From assembly GCA_964016885.1 (NCBI GenBank), contig CAXHJY010000758.1:1-24921 (forward strand): a stretch of DNA of 24,921 nt, in the 5' to 3' direction. Under the pieces are notes generated by a model. It was given only the letters and a program-made list of their open reading frames with translations, made no database searches and was not told the DNA's origin. This stretch comes from Eledone cirrhosa (Eukaryota). Positions 1-14,716 of this stretch are shown piece by piece. The first letter of the stretch is position 1. Every line of letters starts with the position of its first letter. The position numbers and the translations under genes were made by a program.

Positions 1-1070
<1,070 letters not shown>

Positions 1071-1237
1071 ATGTATGTGTGTAATATATATATTTATTTA
1101 TTTATATATATTTATTTATATATGTATATATAGTTTTATATAATTCTACAAGTGGAATAATACGTGCAACTATAATTTCCACTGCTTTGGTCCATTCTTT
1201 TAAAAAAAAAACTCGTTCTGTTCTTCCTTTTTTTGTA

Positions 1238-1278
1238 AAATAATAATAAAAATAGTAATAATAATAGTAACAATAATA

Positions 1279-1372
<94 letters not shown>

Positions 1373-1467
1373 CAACATTAATAATGATTTCTTTATTAAC
1401 CACAAGGGTTTACATAAAGTAGACATTAATAATGATAATAAATGACTAAAATAATAATAGTATAATA

Positions 1468-1498
<31 letters not shown>

Positions 1499-1560
1499 AG
1501 GTAATAATAGTTATAATGGTTAATATTAGCGATAATTACCTATAATAATAGTGATGATGA
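1238..1560. repeat. (AAT)n microsatellite with degenerate flanks
   Basis: Pure AAT run at ~1284-1368; it explains the poly-L and poly-I ORFs. Confidence 0.95.
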
Positions 1561-1914
1561 TAAATAATTGAACTAATTGTCGACGAAAATCAAAGGAAAA
1601 TCAACTAACGTAATTGAATGAATGAATTAGTAAACTTCTAAAAAAATTAACTGATGAACCAACAACGACAACTGAAACATTCCGAGGCAGTTCTCAAATC
1701 GACTATTAAGTTGCAATGGCATTTATAACTGACTTTATTTTCAGCTGAAAGTGATCCATATATCATAATCGATATATCAATCAATGTTGTACTGACTTTC
1801 AATAAAGATGTCCACATTTAGCATAAATAAAGTAACTCGCCTTGTTTGGAGTTTTATTTTTTGTTTGTTTTTGTTTTTTTTGTGTTATTTTTGTTTTGTT
1901 TTTTTTTGTTTTTT

Positions 1915-2230
1915 GTATGGGGGAGGGGGTGTTTGATGGTTTTATTGGGAGGGGGATCTTTGGGGGGTTGGGGGTGATGGTTTTATTGTGGGGCTTTTGG
2001 AGGGGGCGGGGGGTGATGGTTTTATTGTGGGGCTTTTTTTTGGGGGGGGGGGTGATGGTTTTATGGCGGAGGTTTGGGGGGATGATGGTTTTTTTGTGGG
2101 GCTTTTGGAGGGCGGTGAGGGTTTTATGGTGGGGATTTGGGTGGGGTGATGGTTTTATGGTGGGAGGTGTGATTGTTTTATTGTGGAGGTTTGGGGGGGT
2201 TGATGGTTTTATTGGGGGGGGGGCTTTTTT
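1915..2230. repeat. Degenerate G/T-rich minisatellite (unit ~GGGGTGATGGTTTTATTGTGGGGCTTTTGGAGG, variable length)
   Basis: GATGGTTTT(A/T) recurs about 7 times, separated by G-runs. Confidence 0.75.
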
Positions 2231-2433
2231 TGTATTTCATATCTTGTTACAAGATCACATCGGACAAAATACCTGGTGGTATTTGTTCCAGCTCTTTGCA
2301 TTCCGAATTCAAATCCTCAAATCCTATATTTTTCATTCTTCCCGTGATGATAAGTTACAGTAGTAGTCAAGTACAGGGTCAACTTAATTAAACTTTCAGT
2401 TGCTGTTAATTCAACTTATTTTGGGTCTGTTCA

Positions 2434-2512
2434 ATGGCACACATTGCCGCTGGGAATCGAACTCACGACATTCTAATGGTGAGTCAAACGCCTCAACTAC
2501 TAAGCCACCAAC
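2434..2512 (-). mobile_element. tRNA-derived SINE head fragment (same type as 17012-17338)
   Basis: The minus strand reads TGGCTTAGTAGTTGAGG (A-box-like) ... GTGAGTTCGATTCCCAG (B-box). Confidence 0.7.
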
Positions 2513-2603
2513 CGTCGCTATTCTATAGTATTGCTTGGTTGTATAAACATCGCTCAAACTACATCCACAAGGTTAGGTTGGTTAGTCTCGTGTGTAGTTA
2601 TAC

Positions 2604-2640
<37 letters not shown>

Positions 2641-2779
2641 CATGCTTCTGTGCATCTGTGTGTGAGAGAGAGCTTGCCTCTGCATCTGTGCGCATGTGTG
2701 TGTGCGTGTGAGAGCGTGCCTCTGATTCTGCGCGTGTGTGTGTGTGTGTATGTGAGAGAGCGTGCCTCTGCATCTGTGC

Positions 2780-2812
<33 letters not shown>

Positions 2813-2858
2813 CGTGCCTCTGAGCATCTGTGTGTGTGAGAGCGTGCCTCTGTGCATC

Positions 2859-2898
<40 letters not shown>

Positions 2899-2910
2899 CT
2901 TCTGTGCATC

Positions 2911-2945
<35 letters not shown>
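2604..2945. repeat. Compound (GT)n/(GA)n tandem repeat with spacer GCGTGCCTCTG(TG)CATCT
   Basis: The spacer recurs about 7 times between dinucleotide runs. Confidence 0.85.
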
Positions 2946-2964
2946 CACGATAGAGTAGAAGTTA

Positions 2965-3612
2965 GAACTATATACTGCGACCGTGTGGTTAACACTCTGT
3001 CTATTGGTACGACATTCCTCTAAACATAACACTATATACTGGGACCGTGTGCTTAACACTAGGTCTAATGCAACGACGTTCAGTAAGGCTAAACACTATA
3101 TACTGCGACCGTGTGATTAGCAATCTGTCTATTGGTACGACATTCCTCTAAACATAACACTATATACTGCGACCGTGTGCTTAACACTAGGTCTAATGCA
3201 ACGACGTTCAGTAAGGCTAAACACTATATACTGCGACCGTGTGATTAGCAATCTGTCTATTGGTACGACATTCCTCTAAACATAACACTATATACTGCGA
3301 CCGTGTGCTTAACACTAGGTCTAATGCAACGACGTTCAGTAAGGCTAAACACTATATACTGCGACCGTGTGATTAGCAATCTGTCTATTGGTACGACATT
3401 CCTCTAAACATAACACTATATACTGCGACCGTGTGCTTAACACTAGGTCTAATGCAACGACGTTCAGTAAGGCTAAACACTATATACTGCGACCGTGTGA
3501 TTAGCAATGTGTCTATTGGCACGACGTTCCTCTAAACATAACACTATATACTGAGACCGTGTGATTAGCACTGTCTATTGGCACGACGTTCAGCCAGGTT
3601 AAACACTATATA
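2965..3612. repeat. Minisatellite with a 128-bp higher-order unit made of two related 64-bp monomers (~5 dimers)
   Basis: AGGTCTAATG occurs at 3061, 3189, 3317 and 3445 (period 128). Both monomers begin AACACTATATACTGCGACCGTGTG. Confidence 0.95.
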
Positions 3613-3700
3613 TTCATACACACACCAAATAACACACAAACTGTATTCAGAAAATATTCAATCCCTTTTTCTCATAATAACAGGTCAATAAGGTCTACAT

Positions 3701-3986
3701 CAGGGATTCTCAGAAAATTTTCAATAGCAAATTCTTTTTTGATCCATGCATTTGACTTAAAGCGCTGTTCTTATTCTTCGCATAAGTACGACTTCAGCTG
3801 TTTATTTGCGTAGATTTTTAGGCACTGCGACATGATAATAGCATTTTCTAATTCATTGAAAAAAAAACATCTACTGATGCTTATAAGTAGCAGTTCTATT
3901 ACAAAACATTTAAAAGTTTAGGTGGTCCACAGGATAAAATTACTTATTTTGGTGGTCCACAGCGAAAAAAAGGTTGAGGACCCTTG
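3701..3986. mobile_element. Non-autonomous hAT (Charlie-type) MITE
   Basis: Imperfect TIRs CAGGGATTCTCA / TGAGGACCCTTG (9/12). Flanking 8-mers GTCTACAT and ATCTACAC (6/8) resemble the Charlie NTCTAGAN target. The 3' end GGTGGTCCACAG..AAAAAGGTTGAG is typical. Confidence 0.7.
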
Positions 3987-4359
3987 ATCTACACGATTCA
4001 TTCCACTCACACACGATTAAATATCTTTGTTTTATTAAACTGGGCTCGGAGATTAACTGTTTCTCAAGCCGTCTCACCCTATCTCTCTTCTGTATAGCCA
4101 ACATTACGCAAATGTCAACTTGTTTTCCGTGTCTAAGTATGACATTGTCAAACAGAAGTGATTCATTGAGGTGTCCCCCTGTGGCCTTCGTGATCTAATC
4201 AAAATTTTATACGTAACATCTGATATATAATATGCATGTGGGTCATTGAAATGTTTTCGATGTACCTTGAGCCTGGGGCCATTTCAAATATTTGGTATAG
4301 GAAAACTGTGTGCAATCCCGCCATGTATATATACAAATTATATATATATAGAAATGTAG

Positions 4360-5084
<725 letters not shown>

Positions 5085-5658
5085 TATATATATATATATA
5101 TATAATTTGTATATATACACGATAAATTAAGGGAACACTGGTGGTTTTCCCTGTTTTATTGATGGCAGACAATCTCTCTTTCAAAATATGGTATATATAT
5201 ATATATATATATAAACAGAAAAAATGAAACGAAATTTCATTTCCCACTCTTAGTACGGCTGTTACTTAAATATAAGTATGTACACGTACATACATATATG
5301 TATACAGACGTACAGTAGTATGTATATATATATATACATACATGCACACATCCGTTTATCGTTTTCGGTGCACCCGGCCGATTAACCCACTCGATATGCA
5401 AATTGGGCTACTCAGCCGTTAATATGCATAAGGTAAGTATATACGTTCAACAATCTGGCAGGAAGGTATACGTTGCTGACGATAGCTAATAAGCTTGAAA
5501 CTAGTACAGCGTTCCTTTGTCAGTGTTGAACAAACGAGCAACGATGGTTGCTAGACACTACGGCTTAATACGGGATGTTTGTTTACAAACACACCGAGCA
5601 TTATAATAAATGTTCGGTGAATATATATATATGTGTGCATATATATATATATAATAAT

Positions 5659-5848
5659 TGTTTCTACTTTTGGGCACAAGGCCAGCAATTACCCAGTGCA
5701 TTACTGGTACTTTATTGTATCGACCCCCGTAAGGATGAAAGGCAAAGTTTAACCTCGGCGGGATTTGAACTCAGAATGGCAAGGGCCGTAACTCTATGCG
5801 TCAAAGCATGGCGTCCGACTCTCTACCGATACTGCCAATCCACCGCCT
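5659..5848 (-). mobile_element. tRNA-derived SINE with central GCCTTTCATCCTT..GGGGTCGATAAAATAAAGTACCAG domain (MetaSINE-like)
   Basis: A-box-like TGGCAGTATCGGTAGAG and B-box GAGTTCAAATCCCG. High similarity to the copies at 13365 and 15941. Confidence 0.88.
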
Positions 5849-6026
5849 AATAAGAATAATAGTAATAATAATAATATACTTATGTATACACTATATATAA
5901 TTATAAACAGGAAAGGTCAGTAATTCATTACCCCCTTATTACCAGTAAGAAAAATAGCTCAATGTAAATACATCAGATGTTTTACAGAGCCGGAATAGTT
6001 TTGATTATTCTGTAATGGAATAGCAA

Positions 6027-6326
6027 CATCACAACTTACAATTAAGGACAAAATGAAAACACACACACATAGAACAAACAACCAACTAGAAACATGTAAA
6101 TAAACAAATCAATAAACAAATAAAAACATCACAACTTACAATTAAGGACAAAATGAAAACACACACACATAGAACAAACAACCAACTAGAAACATGTAAA
6201 TAAACAAATCAATAAACAAATAAAAACATCACAACTTACAATTAAGGACAAAATGAAAACACACACACATAGAACAAACAACCAACTAGAAACATGTAAA
6301 TAAACAAATAAATAAACAAATAAAAA
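6027..6326. repeat. Three tandem copies of a 100-bp unit
   Basis: CATCACAACTTACAATTAAGG occurs at 6027, 6127 and 6227. Confidence 0.95.
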
Positions 6327-6443
6327 CACACACAGATACACGGATGTAACACATGCGCAAACTAAGCACACAACGCACACAAAAACAAGATGGCGTAGGA
6401 CAGAAAAAAAAGGAGAGGCACAAAACAAAGAAAAGCATCCCCG

Positions 6444-6486
6444 GTCACTGATGAGGTCACAAAATGTGTGACGAAAGAACTTTGAC
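6444..6486 (+). ncRNA. Minimal type I hammerhead ribozyme candidate
   Basis: GUCA CUGAUGA GGUCACA AAAUG UGUGAC GAAA G AA C UU^UGAC. Intact core, 6-bp stem II, 4-bp stem I, minimal stem III. Confidence 0.6.
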
Positions 6487-6629
6487 AGTATATGAATAAC
6501 CGTCCGGTTGTGGAACCAACCAACCAACCGGAAATTTATAAAAAAAATTTAATTTATAATAAATTGGAGTGAAAGCAACTGGTACGTGTGTTTTTATTGG
6601 CAATATGACCCTCCCAAAGTATAACAATA

Positions 6630-7414
<785 letters not shown>

Positions 7415-7649
7415 ACACGGGTGTGTATGATTGTGTATAGAAGATTATATTAATAAAAGGAATTCCAACTTTGTCTGATTTACTCGTTTTATTTACAATC
7501 CTTTAAAATGTATAATGGTATTAGAATGAAATACTATGGTAGAATATTAAATGTTAAGTGTTAATTGAACAAGTACTTTCATGCTTTCGCAATCTTCAGG
7601 TTCATATTGTGTGGTGACAGTCAAGTTAGCAATTTTCAACAGTTGAACA

Positions 7650-8505
<856 letters not shown>

Positions 8506-8584
8506 TATGTAATACCTGCCGGGTTGTGGATAACACTCTTTATCTGATTAATACCGAAACAGACAAACGGATATATTATCCTGC

Positions 8585-8585
<1 letters not shown>

Positions 8586-8631
<46 letters not shown>

Positions 8632-8662
8632 TGTGTGTGTATGTGCGTGTGTGTGTGTGTGT

Positions 8663-8702
<40 letters not shown>

Positions 8703-8822
8703 GTGTGTGTGTGTGTGTCTGTGTGGGTGTGTGTGTGTGTATGTGTGTGTATATGTGTATGGGTGTGTGTGTGTGTATGTGTGTGTGTATGTGTGCGTGT
8801 GTGTGTGTATGGGTGTGGGTGT

Positions 8823-8871
<49 letters not shown>

Positions 8872-8911
8872 TGTGTGTGCCTGTGTGTGTGTGTGTGTGT
8901 GTGTCTGTGTA

Positions 8912-8975
<64 letters not shown>

Positions 8976-9022
8976 AGTGTGTGTGGTGTGTGTGTGTGTG
9001 TGTGTGCGTGTGCGTGTGTATG
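8586..9022. repeat. (GT)n microsatellite
   Basis: Read directly from the sequence. Confidence 0.97.
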
Positions 9023-9070
9023 CAGGTGAAAAAGGTAGTAAACTAATTAGATAAAATATACCTATTTATT

Positions 9071-9191
9071 TCATATACAAATGATTTCTACAGGACTAGC
9101 ACTGTTCCATTTCAATCATCAGAAATGTCCTTTCTTGATGATTTCAAACGAATGAAACAGTTTCAGTCCTGTAGAATTCATTTCTATATGA
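9071..9191. mobile_element. Family-1 hammerhead palindrome, old diverged copy
   Basis: Imperfect inverted arms TCATATACAAATGATTTCTACAGGACT / AGTCCTGTAGAATTCATTTCTATATGA. The core reads (C)TTGATGA TTTC AAAC GAAT GAAA CAG..CTG TA. Confidence 0.8.
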
Positions 9192-9214
9192 TATTTATAT
9201 GTATAAATAGTCAG

Positions 9215-10035
9215 GGGTGTTAAATACCCAGGTACACATTGTAGAGCTATTCTAGGGTGTTAAATACCCAGGTACACATTGTAGAGCTAGTCTAGGGTGT
9301 TAAATACCTAGGTACACATTGTAGAGCTAGCGTAGGGTGTTAAATACCCAGGTACACATTGTAGAGCTAGTCTAGGGTGTTAAATACCCAGGTACACATT
9401 GTAGAGCTAGTCTAGGGTGTTAAATACCTAGGTACACATTGTAGAGCTAGCCTAGGGTGTTAAATACCCAGGTACACATTGTAGAGCTAGTCTAGGGTGT
9501 TAAATACCTAGGTACACATTGTAGAGCTAGTCTAGGGTGTTAAATACCCAGGTACACATTGTAGAGCTAGTCTAGGGTGTTAAATACCCAGGTACACATT
9601 GTAGAGCTAGTCTAGGGTGTTAAATACCCAGGTACACATTGTAGAGCTAACCTAGGGTGTTAAATACCCAGGTACACATTGTAGAGCTAGCCTAGGACGT
9701 TAAATACCCAGGTACACATTATAGAGCTAGTCTAGGGTGTTAAATACCCAGGTACACATTGTAGAGCTAGTCTAGGGTGTTAAATACCCAGATACACATT
9801 GTAGAGCTAGTCTAGGGTGTTAAATACCCGGGTACACATTGTAGAGCTAGCCTAGGGTGTTAAATACCCAGGTACACATTGTAGAGCTAGCCTAGGGTGT
9901 TAAATACCCAGGTACACATTGTAAAGCTAGTCTAGGGTGTTAAATACCTAGGTACACATTGTAGAGCTAGTCTAGGGTGTTAAATACCCAGATACACATT
10001 GTAGAGCTAGTCTAGGGTGTTAAATACCTAGGTAC
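9215..10035. repeat. 40-bp minisatellite, ~20.5 copies (GGGTGTTAAATACCCAGGTACACATTGTAGAGCTAGTCTA)
   Basis: Exact 40-bp period with few substitutions. Confidence 0.98.
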
Positions 10036-10262
10036 TGGCTGATGTTATGTGGGGGTGTACGTGATTCAAAGGGGACCGCAATAACTCCAGGCACTTAACT
10101 ACAGTTGACACTCCCACCACCACCACTGGCTATTTCACAGCACGGTATATAATCTATCTGTCATAACGACTGCATATAATAACAGATTATACATTTGACC
10201 TTGACCTTTATACGGAACCACTGTTGACAAGGCTATCTGACCCTCGACTTCATTTTAAATTA

Positions 10263-10264
<2 letters not shown>

Positions 10265-10323
<59 letters not shown>

Positions 10324-10400
10324 TTATTTTGAATATATATACACACATGCACACACACACTTACCGTTAGCTTCTTGCTAAAACAATCTCTATACCTCTC

Positions 10401-10460
<60 letters not shown>

Positions 10461-10546
10461 TTATTTTGAATATATATACACACATGCACACACAGACTCA
10501 AATATATATATATGTGTGTGTGAGTGTATGAATGTATGTATGTATG

Positions 10547-10607
<61 letters not shown>

Positions 10608-10932
10608 ACAGATAGAAAGAATGGCTGCGATGACAGGGTCAAACAGCTAGTCGTTAAATTTAGTGGTTTATATATGTATGTATATATATATATATGTGCA
10701 TGTATGTATGTACGTATGTATGTATGTCTAGTGTATGTATGTATGTACGTATGCATGTATAGTGTACGTATGTATCTATGTACCTATGTGTGTATGTGTA
10801 GTGTATGTATGTATGTACGTATGCATGTATGTCTAGTGTATGTGTGTATGTACGTATGCATGTATAGTGTACGTATGTATCTATGTACCTATGTGTGTAT
10901 GTGTAGTGTATGTATGTATGTATGTACGTATG
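10265..10932. repeat. (TA)n/(TATG)n region with local duplications (10321-10357 = 10458-10494; ~105-bp tandem pair from ~10700)
   Basis: TACTTATTTTGAATATATATACACACATGCACACAC occurs twice; TCTAGTG occurs at 10727 and 10832. Confidence 0.85.
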
Positions 10933-11480
10933 TAAGTATTGTAATCATTATTTATGTTGTTGTTACTGTTGTTACTACATGCAAAACCTATTTCTCCCTT
11001 CTTACCGTTACTGGGTTTAATTCTCAGGCGGGATGCTCTACTTTCACATTGCTTTCGTACACTCAACACAAAATGAATTAGCGGCGATAACAACAGCCAT
11101 TGTCTTGCACTTTTAGTCACTTAAAACCCATAAAACTGGGACAAGCTCTGGGTTTCGTCCAACCCAAACAAGCATGGACAAACGGACTTCAATCAATAAC
11201 TACCTCGCTATATGAGCTCACATATTAGAATGAATTCTTGAAAGGTTCAGGTTCAGGTACAACAGAGAAATATTCTCGGGTCTCGTATAACCATGCCCAC
11301 CTCCTCACCGCACTTATTAATTTTTTCAAATGTTTTCCACCAACACCACCTCCTCATCTCACCCCGCCCGCTCTCATTCCACGCACACATACACACTTAT
11401 AAAATGTTACTAATCTATCTCCTCAATCTACCCCTGGTTATTTTAAAGTTAAGGGCCGAAACACTCGCTTGAGGTGGGGG

Positions 11481-12700
11481 TTACTTCTCTGAAGACCTTC
11501 TGCTGTCCAGCTCTTCCGAGAGTTTCTTCTCTGAAGACCTTCTGCTGTCCAGCTTCCCTGAGAGTTTCTTCTCTAGAGATCTTCTGCTGTCCAGCTCTCC
11601 TGAGAGTTTCTTCTCTGAAGACCTTCTGCTGTCCAGCTCACCTGAGAGTTTCTTCTCTGAAGACCTTCTGCTGTCCAGCTATCCTGTTAGTTTCTTCTCT
11701 GAAGACCTTCTACTGTCCAGCTCTCCTGAGAGTTTCTTCTCTGAAGAGCTTCTGCTGTCCAGCTCTCCTGAGAGTTTCTTCTCTGAAGACCTTCTGCTGT
11801 CCAGCTCTCCTGAGAGTTTCTTCTCTGAAGACTTTCTGCTGTCCAACTCTCCTGAGAGTTTCTTCTCTGAAGACTTTCTGCTGTCCAACTCTCCTGCGAG
11901 TTTCTTCTCTGGAGATCTTCTACTGTCCAGCTCACCTGAGAGTTTCTTCTCTGAAGACCTTCTACTGTCCAGCTCTCCTGAGAGTTTCTTCTCTGAAGAC
12001 TTTCTGCTGTCCAACTCTCCTGAGAGTTTCTTCTCTGAAGACCTTCTACTGTCCAGCTCTCCTGAGAGTTTCTTCTCTGAAAACCTTCTACTGTCCTGCT
12101 CTCCTGAGAGTTTCTTCTCTGAAGACTTTCTGCTGTCCAGCTCTCCTGAGAGTTTCTTCTCTGAAGACCTTCTACTGTCCAGCTCTCCTGAGAGTTTCTT
12201 CTCTGAAGACCTACTGTCCAGCTCTCCTGAGAGTTTCTTCTCTGAAGACTTTCTGCTGTCCAACTCTCCTGAGAGTTTCTTCTCTGAAGACCTTCTACTG
12301 TCCAGCTCTCCTGAGAGTTTCTTCTCTGAAGACCTTCTACTGTCCAGCTCTCCTGAGAGTTTCTTCTCTGAAGACCTTCTGCTGTCCAGCTCACCTGAGA
12401 GTTTCTTCTCTGAAGACCTTCTGCTGTCCAGCTATCCTGTTAGTTTCTTCTCTGAAGACCTTCTACTGTCCAGCTCTCCTGAGAGTTTCTTCTCTGAAGA
12501 GCTTCTGCTGTCCAGCTCACCTGAGAGTTTCTTCTCTGAAGACCTTCTGCTGTCCAGCTTCCCTGCGAGTTTCTTCTCTGGAGATCTTCTACTGTCCAGC
12601 TCTCCTGAGAGTTTCTTCTCTGAAGACCTTCTGCTGTCCAGCTCACCTGAAAGTTTTTTCTCTGAAGACCCACTGCTGTCCAGCTCTCCTGAAAGTTCCT
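11481..12700. repeat. 42-bp minisatellite, ~29 copies (GAGTTTCTTCTCTGAAGACCTTCTGCTGTCCAGCTCTCCTGA)
   Basis: Regular 42-bp period with one 39-bp unit near 12210. The + frame is open throughout (11474-12733). Confidence 0.97.
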
Positions 12701-12721
12701 TACCACTATTTAAATAAAAAC

Positions 12722-13030
12722 GTTCCAGCATAATTCTGGGTAAGAATCTCCCTGAAGTTACGTTCCAAACACTAGATTGATTATATCTAAGTTATGTTAC
12801 TAAATATCTTAAATTACTTCATCATTTTCAAAATTATTAAAAAATCATAGACAGTGTCTTTCATTAGAAATATAACAAAAGGATTAGCCACTGATACAAT
12901 GTTGTATTTTTGAAGTATTTATATTTATCTAAAAATCTTCCGGCATAATTATATGTAAGAACCTTTGTTAAGTTACGTTCCAAACACCAAGTGAGTAATG
13001 TGAAGGCTAGTTATATTATTACTAAATCCC
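12722..13030. repeat. Diverged direct repeat pair of ~85-90 bp (12722-12810 and 12938-13030)
   Basis: Both share TTCC(A/G)GCATAATT..GTAAGAA..AAGTTACGTTCCAAACAC..TTACTAAAT. Confidence 0.7.
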
Positions 13031-13033
13031 TCA

Positions 13034-13545
13034 GGGCGGTTGAGTGGCAATATTGGTAGAGCATCGGACACCCTGCTTCGCAGCATAGAGTTATATCTCT
13101 TTACGTTCTGGGTTTAAATCCCAACGAGGTTAGCTTTACTTTTCACTCTTATGGAGTTGATAAAATAAAAGTACCAGTAATGCACTGGGATCGATTTAAT
13201 CAACCTCCCCCTTCCCAAAAATTGCTGGCCTTGCGCCTATATAAGAAACCATTCTTATGGATTTGATAAAAAATAAAAGTACCAGTCACACACTGGGGTC
13301 GATTTAATTGACTTTCTCCTCCCCAAAAAAATTGTTGGCCTTGTGTTTAAATCGGAAACCATTATTGGCAGTATCGGTAGAGGGTCTGACGCCATGCTTT
13401 GCAGCATAGAGTTACGGCCCTTTATGGTCTGAGTTCAAATCCCGCCGAAGTTAACTTTGCCTTTCATCCTTACGGGGTCGATAAAATAAAGTACCAGTGA
13501 TACACTGGGATAATGTTTGGCTTTGTGCCAAAAGGAGAAACCATT
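13034..13545 (+). mobile_element. Tandem cluster of MetaSINE-like SINEs: full copy 13034-13253, 3' half 13254-13363, near-full copy 13365-13545
   Basis: GATAAAA(A)TAAA(A)GTACCAGT..CACTGGG and the terminal GAAACCATT each occur three times. Copies 1 and 3 carry pol III boxes. Confidence 0.88.
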
Positions 13546-13813
13546 ATCACTAAACTACTCCAAGTAACAAAAGCGTTAAACTGCGAAAAAAAATTTTTTT
13601 TAAATAACAAATTATGTGAGAAGTTGAAAGGAATCTAATTTAATTGCCTGTGTCAATAGTCAGTTGTATAAATATTTGTTCGCTCCTGGGTGTATATTTG
13701 TCTTGTGACATAGTTTTACATAATATACACCCTCTCCTCTTCCCTTCACAGCAATCTGATTAACCTGAAGGCGTGACGAGCACCCGCAAAGCAGTAAACA
13801 CAAAGGAATGTTT

Positions 13814-13872
<59 letters not shown>

Positions 13873-13874
<2 letters not shown>

Positions 13875-14021
13875 CGTTATTCCGGGTTGAATCGGAGGTA
13901 ACCACAGTAAGTAAGGTACTCAATACATTGCAGAGTTTAAAAGTTTTAATATAGATGAGATTCCTGATGATTTCTAAAGAATGAAACAGTTCTAGTCCTA
14001 TAGAATCTCATCTATATTAAA

Positions 14022-14024
<3 letters not shown>
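13873..14024. mobile_element. Family-1 hammerhead element (tail plus HHR closed by a 20-bp stem) between (GA)n and (TA)n
   Basis: The tail matches the reverse complement of 19782-19850 and matches 21231-21300. Confidence 0.88.
13944..14022 (+). ncRNA. Type I hammerhead ribozyme with a 20-bp stem I (triplet AUA; one stem III mismatch)
   Basis: 13944-13963 pairs with 14003-14022. Core: CUGAUGA UUUC UAAA GAAU GAAA CAG UUCUAGUC CUA UA^. Confidence 0.75.
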
Positions 14025-14062
<38 letters not shown>

Positions 14063-14349
14063 TATATATATATATACATATATATATGATGTTTTATACA
14101 TATATATATATATGTATATATATATATCATATATATATATACATATATATATATAATTATATATATAAATATATATAATTATTTATATAATATATATATA
14201 TATAAAATTATTTATATAATATATATATATATAAAATTATTTATATATATATATATATATGTATAAAAATCATATATATATATATATATATATAATTATA
14301 TATATATATATATATAATTATTTATTTATATATATATATATGTATAAAA

Positions 14350-14419
<70 letters not shown>

Positions 14420-14470
14420 TATATATATATATATATATATAATTATTTATACATATATATATATAAAATA
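14025..14470. repeat. (TA)n-derived low-complexity tract
   Basis: Read directly from the sequence. Confidence 0.92.
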
Positions 14471-14494
14471 TGTTGAATTTCCTTGATTTTTCAT

Positions 14495-14575
14495 TACTGT
14501 AAACACTATACACATTTCAATGGCCAGGTTGCGTAAGAACCGGGTGACCTCGTCAGATGTAAATTGCGTAATAGA
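14495..14575 (-). ncRNA. Degenerate hammerhead ribozyme candidate
   Basis: Minus strand: ACAU CUGACGA GGUCA CCC GGUU CUUACGC AACC UGGCC AUU GAAA UGUGUA UA^GUGU. The extra AUU before GAAA is non-canonical. Confidence 0.42.
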
Positions 14576-14716
14576 TGTAAACCAACGGACTGATGGTAAG
14601 CTTTAAGGAAGCAAGCAAAGAAAAGAGGAAAGAGAAGAGAGGAAACGTGTGTACTACTTTTATGACCCCGTGACGGACATAGTAGCATGCTGCTACATTG
14701 CTCACCCGTACCCGTA

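Noticed and set aside
1645-1695. CTGATGA...GAAAC hammerhead-like spacing
   Set aside because: The intervening ACCAACAACGACAACT cannot form stem II.
1842-2363. 173-aa hydrophobic Gly-rich ORF
   Set aside because: It derives from a G/T-rich low-complexity repeat and lacks an ATG start.
10612-10655. AATGGCT..GCGATGA..CAAA..AGTCGTT
   Set aside because: Both core segments are mismatched; too degenerate to call.
11481-12700. CTGAAGA in every 42-bp unit as a hammerhead core (satellite-type ribozyme)
   Set aside because: There is no GAAA-stem III-UH on the same strand; GAAA lies on the opposite strand.
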